A DNA stretch of 64,000 bases from a virus (IMGVR_UViG_3300046096_000174:8024-72023); one strand, 5' to 3'; counted from the first letter of the stretch, positions 47,376 to 55,704 are shown. Notes: a model not told the origin generated them from the sequence alone. Translations and numbers: made by a program.

Positions 47376-47573
47376 ATGACTGCTAACCCTAATTGGTGTA
47401 ATGGCTGTAATCCACACAATTGTCAAGGCTGTGGACCAGCTGCAAAGGTGAATAAGTGTGTTCAATGCAAGAAGGAATATAAATACGGTTCAAACACTGT
47501 AGGTTGTCCTAAATGTGCGCCGAACGTAGTTATTCCAGAATCAGAATTTGAATTACCTGTAACCAAGGATTGA
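47376..47573 (+). CDS. Cys-rich mini-protein (9 Cys in 65 aa)
   Basis: CNGCNPHNCQGCG...CVQCKK...CPKC. Confidence 0.35.
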   Translation: MTANPNWCNGCNPHNCQGCGPAAKVNKCVQCKKEYKYGSNTVGCPKCAPNVVIPESEFELPVTKD

Positions 47574-47738
47574 TATGAAGATGAAAATCGATGGACTATA
47601 CAAATGGAAGCATGAAGTACAGCAACTAGTTTATCTAGGTAGATTCGGTAGCTGGCATCAGTTTGCACTGGCAGAAGCACCAGAGCATATCTGGTGTGAG
47701 GTTCTTACTCAAGATTTACATATGTTGGAGGCTATCTA

Positions 47739-48026
47739 ATGAGTTCGGGACACTATTGCGATGGATGCGCTCAAGCATACTATAAATGCGTTTGCGGAAA
47801 AACAAACGGACGAATTAAAGAACTTGCTGAACAGGCTGGTGGATATGTATCACTATCCCATGAGCACGATGGCAAATTGATATTGTCAGGTGAAGACATT
47901 GTGCAAAAGTTCGCCGAGTTGATTGTTAGGGAATGTGCGTCTATTGCTGGTAAGGCAGAGTATAGTGACACTTGGTTTGTGCCAGTTGAGGAAACGATTA
48001 AACAACATTTTGGAGTAAAAGCATGA
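47739..48026 (+). CDS. Hypothetical protein (CDGC...CVCG)
   Basis: ORF. Confidence 0.3.
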   Translation: MSSGHYCDGCAQAYYKCVCGKTNGRIKELAEQAGGYVSLSHEHDGKLILSGEDIVQKFAELIVRECASIAGKAEYSDTWFVPVEETIKQHFGVKA

Positions 48027-48233
48027 ACGATACATTTTGGACAGGCGTTATTATCTTTTCAATTGCTTTTGGCTCCGCAGCTGGCGCTGCAGTAGGTTGG
48101 GGATTCTTTGGCTTGATGCTAATGTTCGGTGGTATTGTTCGGTACGTGAATGATAATAACCATAGGAAGTAGTCAAGTATTTACAGCTCCAAAAATCTGT
48201 GATATACTTGCATCAACTTAACAAGGAGTTGAT

Positions 48234-48413
48234 ATGCAAGTTTTTATCGTGAAGATTGAATCGATTTATGATGGTGCTTCTCACTGGCAAATTGACCGTA
48301 CATTCTCTACCATGCAATCCGCTAAGGATTACATTGCAGCGCGTAAGGCAGAGTACCGTGGTATCTACGACATTCCAGAATTTGACATTGAAGTTGAAGA
48401 AGTTCTCGTATAA
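48234..48413 (+). CDS. 59-aa protein (not in track) downstream of the duplicated promoter-RBS block
   Basis: RBS AAGGAG followed by ATG 48234. Open 60 codons. Confidence 0.35.
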   Translation: MQVFIVKIESIYDGASHWQIDRTFSTMQSAKDYIAARKAEYRGIYDIPEFDIEVEEVLV

Positions 48414-48463
48414 CCGAAAATCTGTGATATACTTACTGCACTGAAACACACTAGGAGTTACAA

Positions 48464-48886
48464 ATGGCTTGGGTTCAAAAAGAGACAGTTACTAAGGTTC
48501 GTGAAGCTTTGAAAGTACTGAACAAAGAGTACGGCATGAAGACCAGCGTATCAGGTACTAATTCTTCTAGCTTGAATGTCCGTATTAGCTCTGGTAAGAT
48601 TGACCTTATCGGTAACTACATTGAGACTGTAGGCGCTGCTAACGTCATGCGTGATTACGAAGAAGTAGCTAAGTATGTTAAGCGCACAGGCTATATCCAA
48701 GTCAATCACTACTGGCTTGATACAGCTTACACGGGTCGTGCGTTGGAGTATCTGGAGAAAGTCAAGGCTATCATGGCTGTTGACCATTGGGATAAGTCAG
48801 ACATTCAATCTGATTACTTTCATTGTGCTTACTATATGAATATCAATATTGGTGCATGGGATAAATCTTTTGAGGTGACTAACTGA
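48464..48886 (+). CDS. Hypothetical protein
   Basis: Preceded by the promoter motif at 48420..48440 and RBS AGGAG. Confidence 0.4.
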   Translation: MAWVQKETVTKVREALKVLNKEYGMKTSVSGTNSSSLNVRISSGKIDLIGNYIETVGAANVMRDYEEVAKYVKRTGYIQVNHYWLDTAYTGRALEYLEKVKAIMAVDHWDKSDIQSDYFHCAYYMNINIGAWDKSFEVTN

Positions 48887-49311
48887 TGCAAAATACACCC
48901 GAGTTTTGGATGTATATCCTACCAATTAGCATGGTTACTATAACCTACGCTGTTCTAATCTGTGTTAAACTTGTGAAAGATATCCTAAAGGAGTTATTAT
49001 GTATCTAATCAATTTATTCTGTTGCCTCGTAGCTGTGCATTTCATGGTAGAATTGCAAGATAATCGTCTGTTATTCTGGTTGAATGCATTGTCGCTAGTT
49101 TTGAACTTTCTGGCCTTTGCTATGGCTGTACTTCCATAATGGAAAAGAATTGTCAAAGCTGTAAGTTTCATACACAAGGTATCGGTGCAGTTACTGCCAA
49201 TGGTACTAAGTGGATGTGGCAAGAGTGTAGTAAGAATTGGGGTAAACCAACACCCATTGGAGTTCTCAAAAACCTATGTGGGTTATATCAACCGAAAGAA
49301 GGTAGCAAATC

Positions 49312-49548
49312 ATGAGTGAAAATCTGGTAGAATATACTGAACAAGAATTAATAACTCGCTATATTATCCGTATAGAGCAACAGCGTATTCTTGAAGCTAA
49401 TAAGGTAATTGCAGAATGGCGTGAGGACTGTGAGCATAGGCACGTTAATATCGAACATAAGCGCATCGATTCACATCCTCCAGAGTTCTATAGCAATATG
49501 CGTTGCTTAGTGTGTGGTAAACGCTGGACAGAAGAGGGTAGTAAATAA
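49312..49548 (+). CDS. Hypothetical protein (C-terminal CxxC)
   Basis: ORF. The last gene before the GC-rich island. Confidence 0.35.
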   Translation: MSENLVEYTEQELITRYIIRIEQQRILEANKVIAEWREDCEHRHVNIEHKRIDSHPPEFYSNMRCLVCGKRWTEEGSK

Positions 49549-49552
49549 AATC

Positions 49553-50265
49553 CAAAAACCTACTTGGGTTCTACTGGACTGAAAAGCCGCGAAGGGTTTA
49601 AAAATCCGCGATAGGTTTGAAATCTAAAAAGTACCCAAAAACCTACGCCCCCTTTGGTGAACAAAAACAACTGGCATTTTCCCTCGCGGGGCGATGCTTC
49701 GCAAAATGCGAAGATTTATCAGAATCATAAGCTTCTCGATTTGATATGGCACGGACTTTGCTAATAGCAAGAAGCATGCCAACCAGAAAACCAAGCAAGA
49801 ATTGTGCCAGCTGGATGCAAGCAAATATCATGCCAATAATACCCGACCAGCATCAGGGGTTATTACGTGGCGCGGTTTTTGCTAATAGCAGGAAGCATGC
49901 CAGCAGGGGCAAGGGCAAGAAACGTGCCAGCCAACTTTACACAGGACCGATTTAAACGCCCCACAAGGCCCCGAAGCCATGCCAAGCCACTACCACACCA
50001 GCCGAAGTTATCCACAGCACTAGTGGTACTTATCCACAATTTGAACTCTTATATAAGACTAATAAACTGTGGATAACTTTTTGACGTATTGGAAACAAAG
50101 GTATTCAGGGGCAACCATTCAGGAAACAAAAGTTAACATTCTGGCCATCATAGGTTTTGACTATAGACCCGATTAAAAATATTAATCACATCCCCGCCGA
50201 TAGCGGGGTTTTTCGCATATACTGGAGGCACTGGAATAAACCAGCAACAGCAACAGGGGCAGAGA
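49553..50265. repeat. Ori-like noncoding region: direct repeats, an inverted repeat, iteron-like ~120-bp duplicated units and a DnaA-box cluster
   Basis: Direct repeats CCAAAAACCTAC (49553, 49634) and GCGAWAGGTTT (x2). Palindrome CTTCGCAAAATGCGAAG (~49698). Duplicated unit TTTGCTAATAGCARGAAGCATGCCARC...GCAAGAANNGTGCCAGC at 49757..49815 and 49878..49932. No credible CDS; the track ORFs here run on both strands as GC-driven artefacts. Confidence 0.5.
50008..50076. promoter_or_regulatory. Three perfect DnaA boxes (TTATCCACA at 50008 and 50030; TGTGGATAA at 50068) flanking an AT-rich 30-bp core
   Basis: Exact matches to the 9-mer DnaA box consensus in both orientations within 70 bp. AT-rich segment aatttgaactcttatataagactaataaac between them. 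Confidence 0.6.
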
Positions 50266-50451
50266 ATGACACAGGACCAAATCAAGAACAGCGCATACAT
50301 GCAAGCGGTACAACAGGCAGGACGCGAAGCCGCCAACAGCGATAAAATGACGCACTACGCAGTGCAAGAAGCCGCCGACAAATACGGCGTACAATACAAT
50401 CAAGTTCGTTTTGCCATGTTCGACATTATCAACAACAAGAAGACAAAATAA
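50266..50451 (+). CDS. Hypothetical protein (GC-rich island gene 1)
   Basis: RBS-like AGGGGCAGAGA before the ATG. GC3-rich codon usage distinct from the rest of the phage. Confidence 0.4.
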   Translation: MTQDQIKNSAYMQAVQQAGREAANSDKMTHYAVQEAADKYGVQYNQVRFAMFDIINNKKTK

Positions 50452-50524
50452 ATTTTACAGGGTAGCCGATAACGTCAAATTATCGGTTACACTATCAACA
50501 ACAGCAACAAAACAGGGTTTCCAA

Positions 50525-50611
50525 ATGTCCGAATTTTCCGCATATCTCGCCAGCCTCGCAATTGTCCTACTTTTTGTGGGGTTTATTCTGGACCTCGCAA
50601 ACCGCCCATAA
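50525..50611 (+). CDS. 28-aa hydrophobic peptide (island)
   Basis: MSEFSAYLASLAIVLLFVGFILDLANRP. Upstream CAGGGTTTCC. Sub-threshold size. Confidence 0.25.
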   Translation: MSEFSAYLASLAIVLLFVGFILDLANRP

Positions 50612-50770
50612 TTTCGGGTATAATTTCAGCACCAACAACCGAAAGCCTGAACCATGAAAACCAAGCAAACCGCCGCCGATTATCTCGCCGCCTTATGTAT
50701 AGCCGCCGCCTTATGCGTGGGCGCGTTGGCATACTTTGATTGTCTCACCAAGTAAACAAGGGCCAACACC

Positions 50771-50956
50771 ATGACCAAATCAGAAGCCAAAGAACTGACT
50801 AAAATCAAACTATTTCACCAAATGGGCCACCACGACACCGCCGCCCGAAGCCTAAGCGCCTTGATTAGAGCCACCAGAACCACCGCCAACAAGGCCGACA
50901 TGATAAAGACAGCCGAAGCCCTCAAACTTACCGCAAACCCTGATTTTATCGTATAG
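50771..50956 (+). CDS. Hypothetical protein (island)
   Basis: ORF. Confidence 0.35.
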   Translation: MTKSEAKELTKIKLFHQMGHHDTAARSLSALIRATRTTANKADMIKTAEALKLTANPDFIV

Positions 50957-51038
50957 AATACCAGCTTATGCCCTACAGGTTAGCCCCTGAGAGCATAGGC
51001 GGGAATTTTCCCGATAACGTCAAACAGGATAGACCACC

Positions 51039-51320
51039 ATGACAAACGCAAACCAAGCCACCACCGTGACCACCGAAGCACCACGCGCCAACGCTGGACA
51101 CTTTACCAAAACGCGTATTTTCTCGCAGTTCGACCAGCTGGACCACCTGAAGGCGGGGCAATGGGTGCAGACCGATACAGGGGCGCGGGGCCAGTACTTA
51201 GGCAAGACAGAGCAAGGGGCGCAGGTTATCAACTGGGTTAAAAATGGAAAGTTCGACACCAAAATGGCATTGTCTAATTCTCCCCTCCGCAAGTTCGCCA
51301 AGATTAACGGCAGCAAATAA
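51039..51320 (+). CDS. Hypothetical protein (island)
   Basis: ORF. Confidence 0.35.
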   Translation: MTNANQATTVTTEAPRANAGHFTKTRIFSQFDQLDHLKAGQWVQTDTGARGQYLGKTEQGAQVINWVKNGKFDTKMALSNSPLRKFAKINGSK

Positions 51321-51330
51321 GGGGCACGAC

Positions 51331-51519
51331 ATGGACCGCATCACCTTGACCATCCACGAAAACGGCAGCGCAACAGCGCGGGGCATTTTCACCGACAGCC
51401 GCGACAACCGCGCCAGCATGAACCGCACGTATGCAACAGAGCAACAGGCGCGGCAAGAATTCCACGACATGCGAGAGCGCGGGGCCGAATTCTCTTACAC
51501 TATCAACCGCAAGGCATAA
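51331..51519 (+). CDS. Hypothetical protein (island; start at Met30 of the track ORF)
   Basis: AAGGGG RBS before the ATG at 51331. Confidence 0.35.
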   Translation: MDRITLTIHENGSATARGIFTDSRDNRASMNRTYATEQQARQEFHDMRERGAEFSYTINRKA

Positions 51520-51600
51520 AACGCCAAGCAAGGCCCCGAAGCTTTACCGCCTAGGGGTTAGCCTACCAACCGACAAACAACAGCCACAAAGGGGCCTAAA

Positions 51601-51969
51601 ATGTCAGCTTTTATCGTGTCAGACCTTCACACCTTCACAATCGCCAGCTTCGCAGCTGGACGCCTTCGCCTAGGCTCGCATTTTGACCGCGACCAGTTAG
51701 CCCAAAGCCTCGCCAACAGCTTAAAGCGTGTTAACGTGGAAAGCGTCAATTTTCGCTATGCAGAGAAGACACCGCGCACCAAGTGCAAGGCCCAAGCCGT
51801 GACCATCACCGACCCCGCGCAGGTTTACCGCCTCGCCCGATGCTGGATATATCAGGCATGCGAGAACCAGCAAAACGCCGATTTTCACGCCCTGAGCGCC
51901 TTATTAGAGGCAGCATTCACACAGGACGAAAAACGCCAGAGCGACAACGTGGAAATCTGGACAATTTAA
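51601..51969 (+). CDS. Hypothetical protein (island)
   Basis: RBS AAAGGGG. ORF. Confidence 0.4.
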   Translation: MSAFIVSDLHTFTIASFAAGRLRLGSHFDRDQLAQSLANSLKRVNVESVNFRYAEKTPRTKCKAQAVTITDPAQVYRLARCWIYQACENQQNADFHALSALLEAAFTQDEKRQSDNVEIWTI

Positions 51970-51981
51970 ACAGGGGCTAAC

Positions 51982-52881
51982 ATGCACAACACACCAGAAC
52001 AAAACGCAGCATTTAGGGCAGCTTGGGACGCTACCAACGCCCGATATAAAGCCGCCGTAAAAGCCGACCAATTAGCAGCCCAACAAACCAAACCAGAAGC
52101 CGACAGCATGACCACCAGCACCACCCCAAAACGCACCAAGAAGCCACAGAGCGCCATTATTTACAGCGGCCCGAGCTTGATTGATGGAAGCCCGATAGTA
52201 TGCGTGGCAATTGTCACAAGCGGCAATGTGAAGACCGGGAACATGATACAGACCCACATTATCCGCGCCGATATCTCACCACTAGAGGCCAGCAAGACAG
52301 GCGCAGATTTTGCCATATGCGGTAATTGTAAGCACAGGGGCCAAGCCACCACCGACAGCACACGCAAACAGGCACAGGGGCGCACCTGCTACGTGAATCT
52401 TGGACAAGGGCCAAGCCAAGTATTTAAACGCCTTACAGGTACAGGTTACCCCACGGCAACAGCCGAACAGGTTCAAGCCATAGGCCGCGCCCGTATGGTC
52501 AGGCTCGGGACATATGGCGACCCCGCCGCCGTACCTTCGCACATATGGGACCACCTACTAAAAGAAGCCGCAGGGCATACAGGCTACACACACCAGCACG
52601 ACAAAGCGCCCGATTATGCGCGACTGATGCACTCAGCCGACACCAAGGCCGAAGCACTACAGGCACACCGCGCCAACCGCAGGACTTTTCGGGTTATCCC
52701 CGTGGCAGAGTACAACGCACAGGGACCAGCCGCCCTACTTAAGACCGAAATTTTATGCCCCGCAAGTAAAGAAGCAGGGCAGCGGGTAACGTGTGACAAG
52801 TGCAAATTATGCAGCGGCAGCAGCGTACAGGCTAAAAGCGTAGCGATTGTGGCCCACGGAACCAGCAAGGCAGGGGTTTAA
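51982..52881 (+). CDS. Hypothetical Cys-cluster protein, 299 aa (island)
   Basis: RBS CAGGGG. Two Cys clusters (CGNCKHRGQ...C and CDKCKLCSG). No recognisable family. Confidence 0.45.
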   Translation: MHNTPEQNAAFRAAWDATNARYKAAVKADQLAAQQTKPEADSMTTSTTPKRTKKPQSAIIYSGPSLIDGSPIVCVAIVTSGNVKTGNMIQTHIIRADISPLEASKTGADFAICGNCKHRGQATTDSTRKQAQGRTCYVNLGQGPSQVFKRLTGTGYPTATAEQVQAIGRARMVRLGTYGDPAAVPSHIWDHLLKEAAGHTGYTHQHDKAPDYARLMHSADTKAEALQAHRANRRTFRVIPVAEYNAQGPAALLKTEILCPASKEAGQRVTCDKCKLCSGSSVQAKSVAIVAHGTSKAGV

Positions 52882-52883
52882 TT

Positions 52884-53006
52884 ATGCGCGACATTCTTGC
52901 CTTCTTTCTAGCCGCCTACCTTACATTGTGGCTACTATGCGCGGGGCTATATCTCGCAGCATATACCCGCCACTGCATGCACCGCCGAAAGCACCCCACG
53001 GCATAA
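52884..53006 (+). CDS. 40-aa membrane peptide (island)
   Basis: MRDILAFFLAAYLTLWLLCAGLYLAAY.... Sub-threshold size. Confidence 0.25.
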   Translation: MRDILAFFLAAYLTLWLLCAGLYLAAYTRHCMHRRKHPTA

Positions 53007-53018
53007 CCCAAGCACAAA

Positions 53019-53046
53019 CCCCGCCCTAATAAGCGGGGATTTTTTA
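53019..53046 (+). terminator. Rho-independent terminator closing the island operon
   Basis: Stem CCCCGC/GCGGGG with loop cctaataa, followed by ATTTTTT. Confidence 0.65.
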
Positions 53047-53488
53047 CGCCTGAAAGAACCTACAGGGGACCAGCTGCAGGGTATAACCTGAGCAAAAGCA
53101 AAGGCAAAACGCGGGATTGTAGAGGGGAGGATTAGCCAAGCTGCCTAATGAATCAAGCGGGACGCTATACAAGAGGCCTATATTGTCCGATTGTGCATAA
53201 AATCCACGGGTTAAAACCGCCAAGCCTAAACCCTACCGCCTAAAATAAAAATCGACTCGCTACGCTCGTTTAATTACCCTTCGGATATATACTAGAGGGT
53301 TATCTAACCATTGATATCATTGATATTTTAGAATCGTAAGTTATAACCGAGACATAAAGGCGGGGTCCATCAAGCACCTAGGTCATACTGCAGATTTAAA
53401 ACTTTTAAGCATCTAATCCACGAAAATAACCAGCAATTCTATGCATAAAAGTACAAGGTAAAGAACAGCGCATAAACAGTATCAAGCT

Positions 53489-53497
53489 TGTGGATAA
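53489..53497. promoter_or_regulatory. Fourth perfect DnaA box (TGTGGATAA) in the 630-bp noncoding spacer
   Basis: Exact 9-mer, with a weaker TATCCAGA 4 nt downstream. Confidence 0.4.
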
Positions 53498-53679
53498 CAC
53501 TATCCAGATGCCTCTGTAAGGCTCCAAAACGGTCTGTAAGAGCTTGTATTAGCTGCCGAGTACCAATGTAGCCTAAACCTTAATAATGGCTCCTAGAGGC
53601 TTCTATGCAACTAGATATATTAGACGTAAAAAATCCCCAAAGGCTGTTAACCGATGGGGATAAATTTTCTAGATAAATT

Positions 53680-54450
53680 TTATTTTTTATTTTTAGCTTT
53701 TGGAGCTTTAGGCTCTTCTGCTTTTTCTAACTCTTCAACCAAAGCTTCAACCTCTGCACTTGAAAGCTCATCTAACTTCTTCATTAGTGCCTTCTCAGCT
53801 TTCTTCAGCTCGGTTAATTCCTTCTTGTGTCTAGCCTGAATGAGTTCTTCTCTGCGTTGTAGTCTTTCTACAATCTCTTCAGAACTGAACCACATTTCCT
53901 TACCCATGATTACATCGGAAAGTTCTTTCTCGGTTAGGAAGTCCTTGTAAACATCGTGCATTAAACCCTTCACTTGCTTATCTACGAAAGAAGCGTGAGA
54001 GATAACATCGGATTGCTTACCGTAGGCTCCAAACGTAGCAGCATGAATCATCATACTGGCGTAAGGGCTTACACTTACAGAAGGACTTGCCAAAGCAATT
54101 AGACTACCAGCACTAGCGGCAATACCATCGATATGGCAATGCACATTAGCATCTGTATTCTGGATAGAATTGATAAGAGCGATGGCTCCATCTAAGTGTC
54201 CACCATAGGTATTAATACTAAGGTACACAGCGTCACCTTCACCAAGGCTATCAATCGTATGGATTAAATTCCTGTAGTACTTCGCTTCTCGAACACCTTC
54301 ATCAATATATGCTTTGATGCATCGCAGTGTTTGAGTGCTTTGGAAATAAGGCAAATGCTGATTAGCAAGCATAGGGTTAGTAAAATCGTCATCATCGTCA
54401 TCCAGTTTAATATAGATAGGGTTTAAGTCTTCAGTTTTGTTTCTTGGCAT
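53680..54450 (-). CDS. ClpP-family serine protease with a C-terminal coiled-coil/basic extension
   Basis: ClpP motifs GIAASAGSLIALAS (catalytic Ser) and MMIHAATFG (His). RBS AAGGAG. Hairpin terminator on the minus strand at 53625..53660. Confidence 0.65.
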   Translation of the reverse strand: MPRNKTEDLNPIYIKLDDDDDDFTNPMLANQHLPYFQSTQTLRCIKAYIDEGVREAKYYRNLIHTIDSLGEGDAVYLSINTYGGHLDGAIALINSIQNTDANVHCHIDGIAASAGSLIALASPSVSVSPYASMMIHAATFGAYGKQSDVISHASFVDKQVKGLMHDVYKDFLTEKELSDVIMGKEMWFSSEEIVERLQRREELIQARHKKELTELKKAEKALMKKLDELSSAEVEALVEELEKAEEPKAPKAKNKK

Positions 54451-55210
54451 TTGGCTTCTCCTTAGGTTTATCTTGGGTTACAGCAGTACCATTGCCTTCA
54501 GCTACTAACTCGTCTTCAAAAGCAATTACGAACTCTTTGGTTAGACCGCTACGAACTACGTCTTCTCTTCCAAAGGTTGTAAAGCTACAATCATCAATGT
54601 TATATTTATAACAAATCTTCTCTAAGTAGGTAAGACCGTCCATACCTTTCTTTACGTCAGTTTGAGGACCTGTGTTGTCTCCACAGAATACAATCTGAGA
54701 GTTTAAGCCTACACGGGTAGTCAAGGCTTGAATCTCTGGAACATAAAGGTTCTGGCTTTCATCTACGATGATAATGCTATCATTCCAGCTACGACCACGG
54801 ATGGTTTCTAAGCTGCAGATTTCGATAGTTTTATTCTTGAGGTGAATCTCGGTGGTTGCTTTGCCTAGGTAGTCTTCGAAGTAGTCAATCATTTGTTGGT
54901 AGAAGGGGAGTAGCTTCTCTTCCGCTGTGCCGGGGAGAAACCCAATGGACCGACCTGCCAATGGCTGATAAGCTCGGATTAATACTACCTTCTTAATATC
55001 TGCAAAATGCAACTTCTTCGCAGCATGCCATACTGCCAGTAAGGTCTTACCTGTACCTGCACTACCTCTAGCTACAACCAGTGTGTTGTACTTGAGGGCT
55101 TCCAGCAATTCTGACTGCTTTGTATTCATAGGCAATAGAGCAGGGAACTGAGCGCGTTGGAACTTTTCTTTTTGAACCCGTTGGGATGCAACTTTTTGAT
55201 TTCTTTTCAT
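54431..55210 (-). CDS. phoH: PhoH-family ATPase
   Basis: Walker A VARGSAGTGKTLLAV and the PhoH-like C-terminal region. RBS AGGAGG before the ATG at 55210. Confidence 0.7.
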   Translation of the reverse strand: MKRNQKVASQRVQKEKFQRAQFPALLPMNTKQSELLEALKYNTLVVARGSAGTGKTLLAVWHAAKKLHFADIKKVVLIRAYQPLAGRSIGFLPGTAEEKLLPFYQQMIDYFEDYLGKATTEIHLKNKTIEICSLETIRGRSWNDSIIIVDESQNLYVPEIQALTTRVGLNSQIVFCGDNTGPQTDVKKGMDGLTYLEKICYKYNIDDCSFTTFGREDVVRSGLTKEFVIAFEDELVAEGNGTAVTQDKPKEKPNAKKQN

Positions 55211-55285
55211 AGACCTCCTGAAATAAATAAGCCCCATGAAAGCGCAGCTTGAATGCTACGCCCTATTAAGGGGCTGCTACACTAA

Positions 55286-55618
55286 TTACTTAGCTTTGGA
55301 CTTAGGACCGCGCTTTGCAGGAGCAGCTTCAGCGACCTCTTGTGCTTCGGTAGCTACTTCCTCTACTTCAGTAGCGGTTTGTTCAACATCCTGTACAATC
55401 TCAGCGATTTGTTCAGTTTGAGTAACAGTTTCTTCTTCTGTCTCTGTCTCTGCATCTTGGTCAAGCTTAACAAGACCGCAAGTAAGCATAGTGCCGTAAG
55501 CCGTAGGAAAGTTTTCGTTAGTCTCAAAGTCGAAGGTATAGCCTTCGTAGAAAGCAGCTTCGATATCTTTGCAGAAGTCGAAGAGGCCATAAGATTCAAT
55601 GCGTTTAACATCTGTCAT
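55286..55618 (-). CDS. Highly acidic protein with a basic C-terminal tail (DNA-mimic candidate)
   Basis: About 40% Asp/Glu/Thr run (DQDAETETEEETVTQTEQIAEIVQDVEQTATEVEEVATEAQEVAEAA), then KRGPKSKAK. RBS AAAGGAG. Confidence 0.4.
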   Translation of the reverse strand: MTDVKRIESYGLFDFCKDIEAAFYEGYTFDFETNENFPTAYGTMLTCGLVKLDQDAETETEEETVTQTEQIAEIVQDVEQTATEVEEVATEAQEVAEAAPAKRGPKSKAK

Positions 55619-55704
55619 AGTACTCCTTTTAGGGTTAATAAAGGTTTATTATAGCACAAGCCAAGCCAATATGCAAGGATTCTTAAATATATTTACCCTA
55701 GTTG

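Noticed and set aside
49746-50076. Track ORFs 49746..49955 and 49867..50076 in the ori-like leader
   Set aside because: Their sequences are built from the direct repeats (MARTLLIARSMP / MARFLLIAGSMP arise from the duplicated unit). There is no RBS. Interpreted as repeat DNA rather than coding.
49553-50265. Possibility that the direct repeats form a CRISPR array
   Set aside because: There are only two or three imperfect copies of non-uniform units (12 to 60 bp) with irregular spacing. No cas genes are in the window. This fits iteron/ori architecture better.
50148-53029. About 20 overlapping track ORFs on both strands in the GC-rich island (e.g. 50148..50336 -, 51020..51316 -, 52282..52554 -)
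   Set aside because: High GC suppresses stop codons in all frames. Only the + strand set with RBS-like AGGGG spacing and consistent GC3 was kept. The rest are mutually overlapping and antisense.
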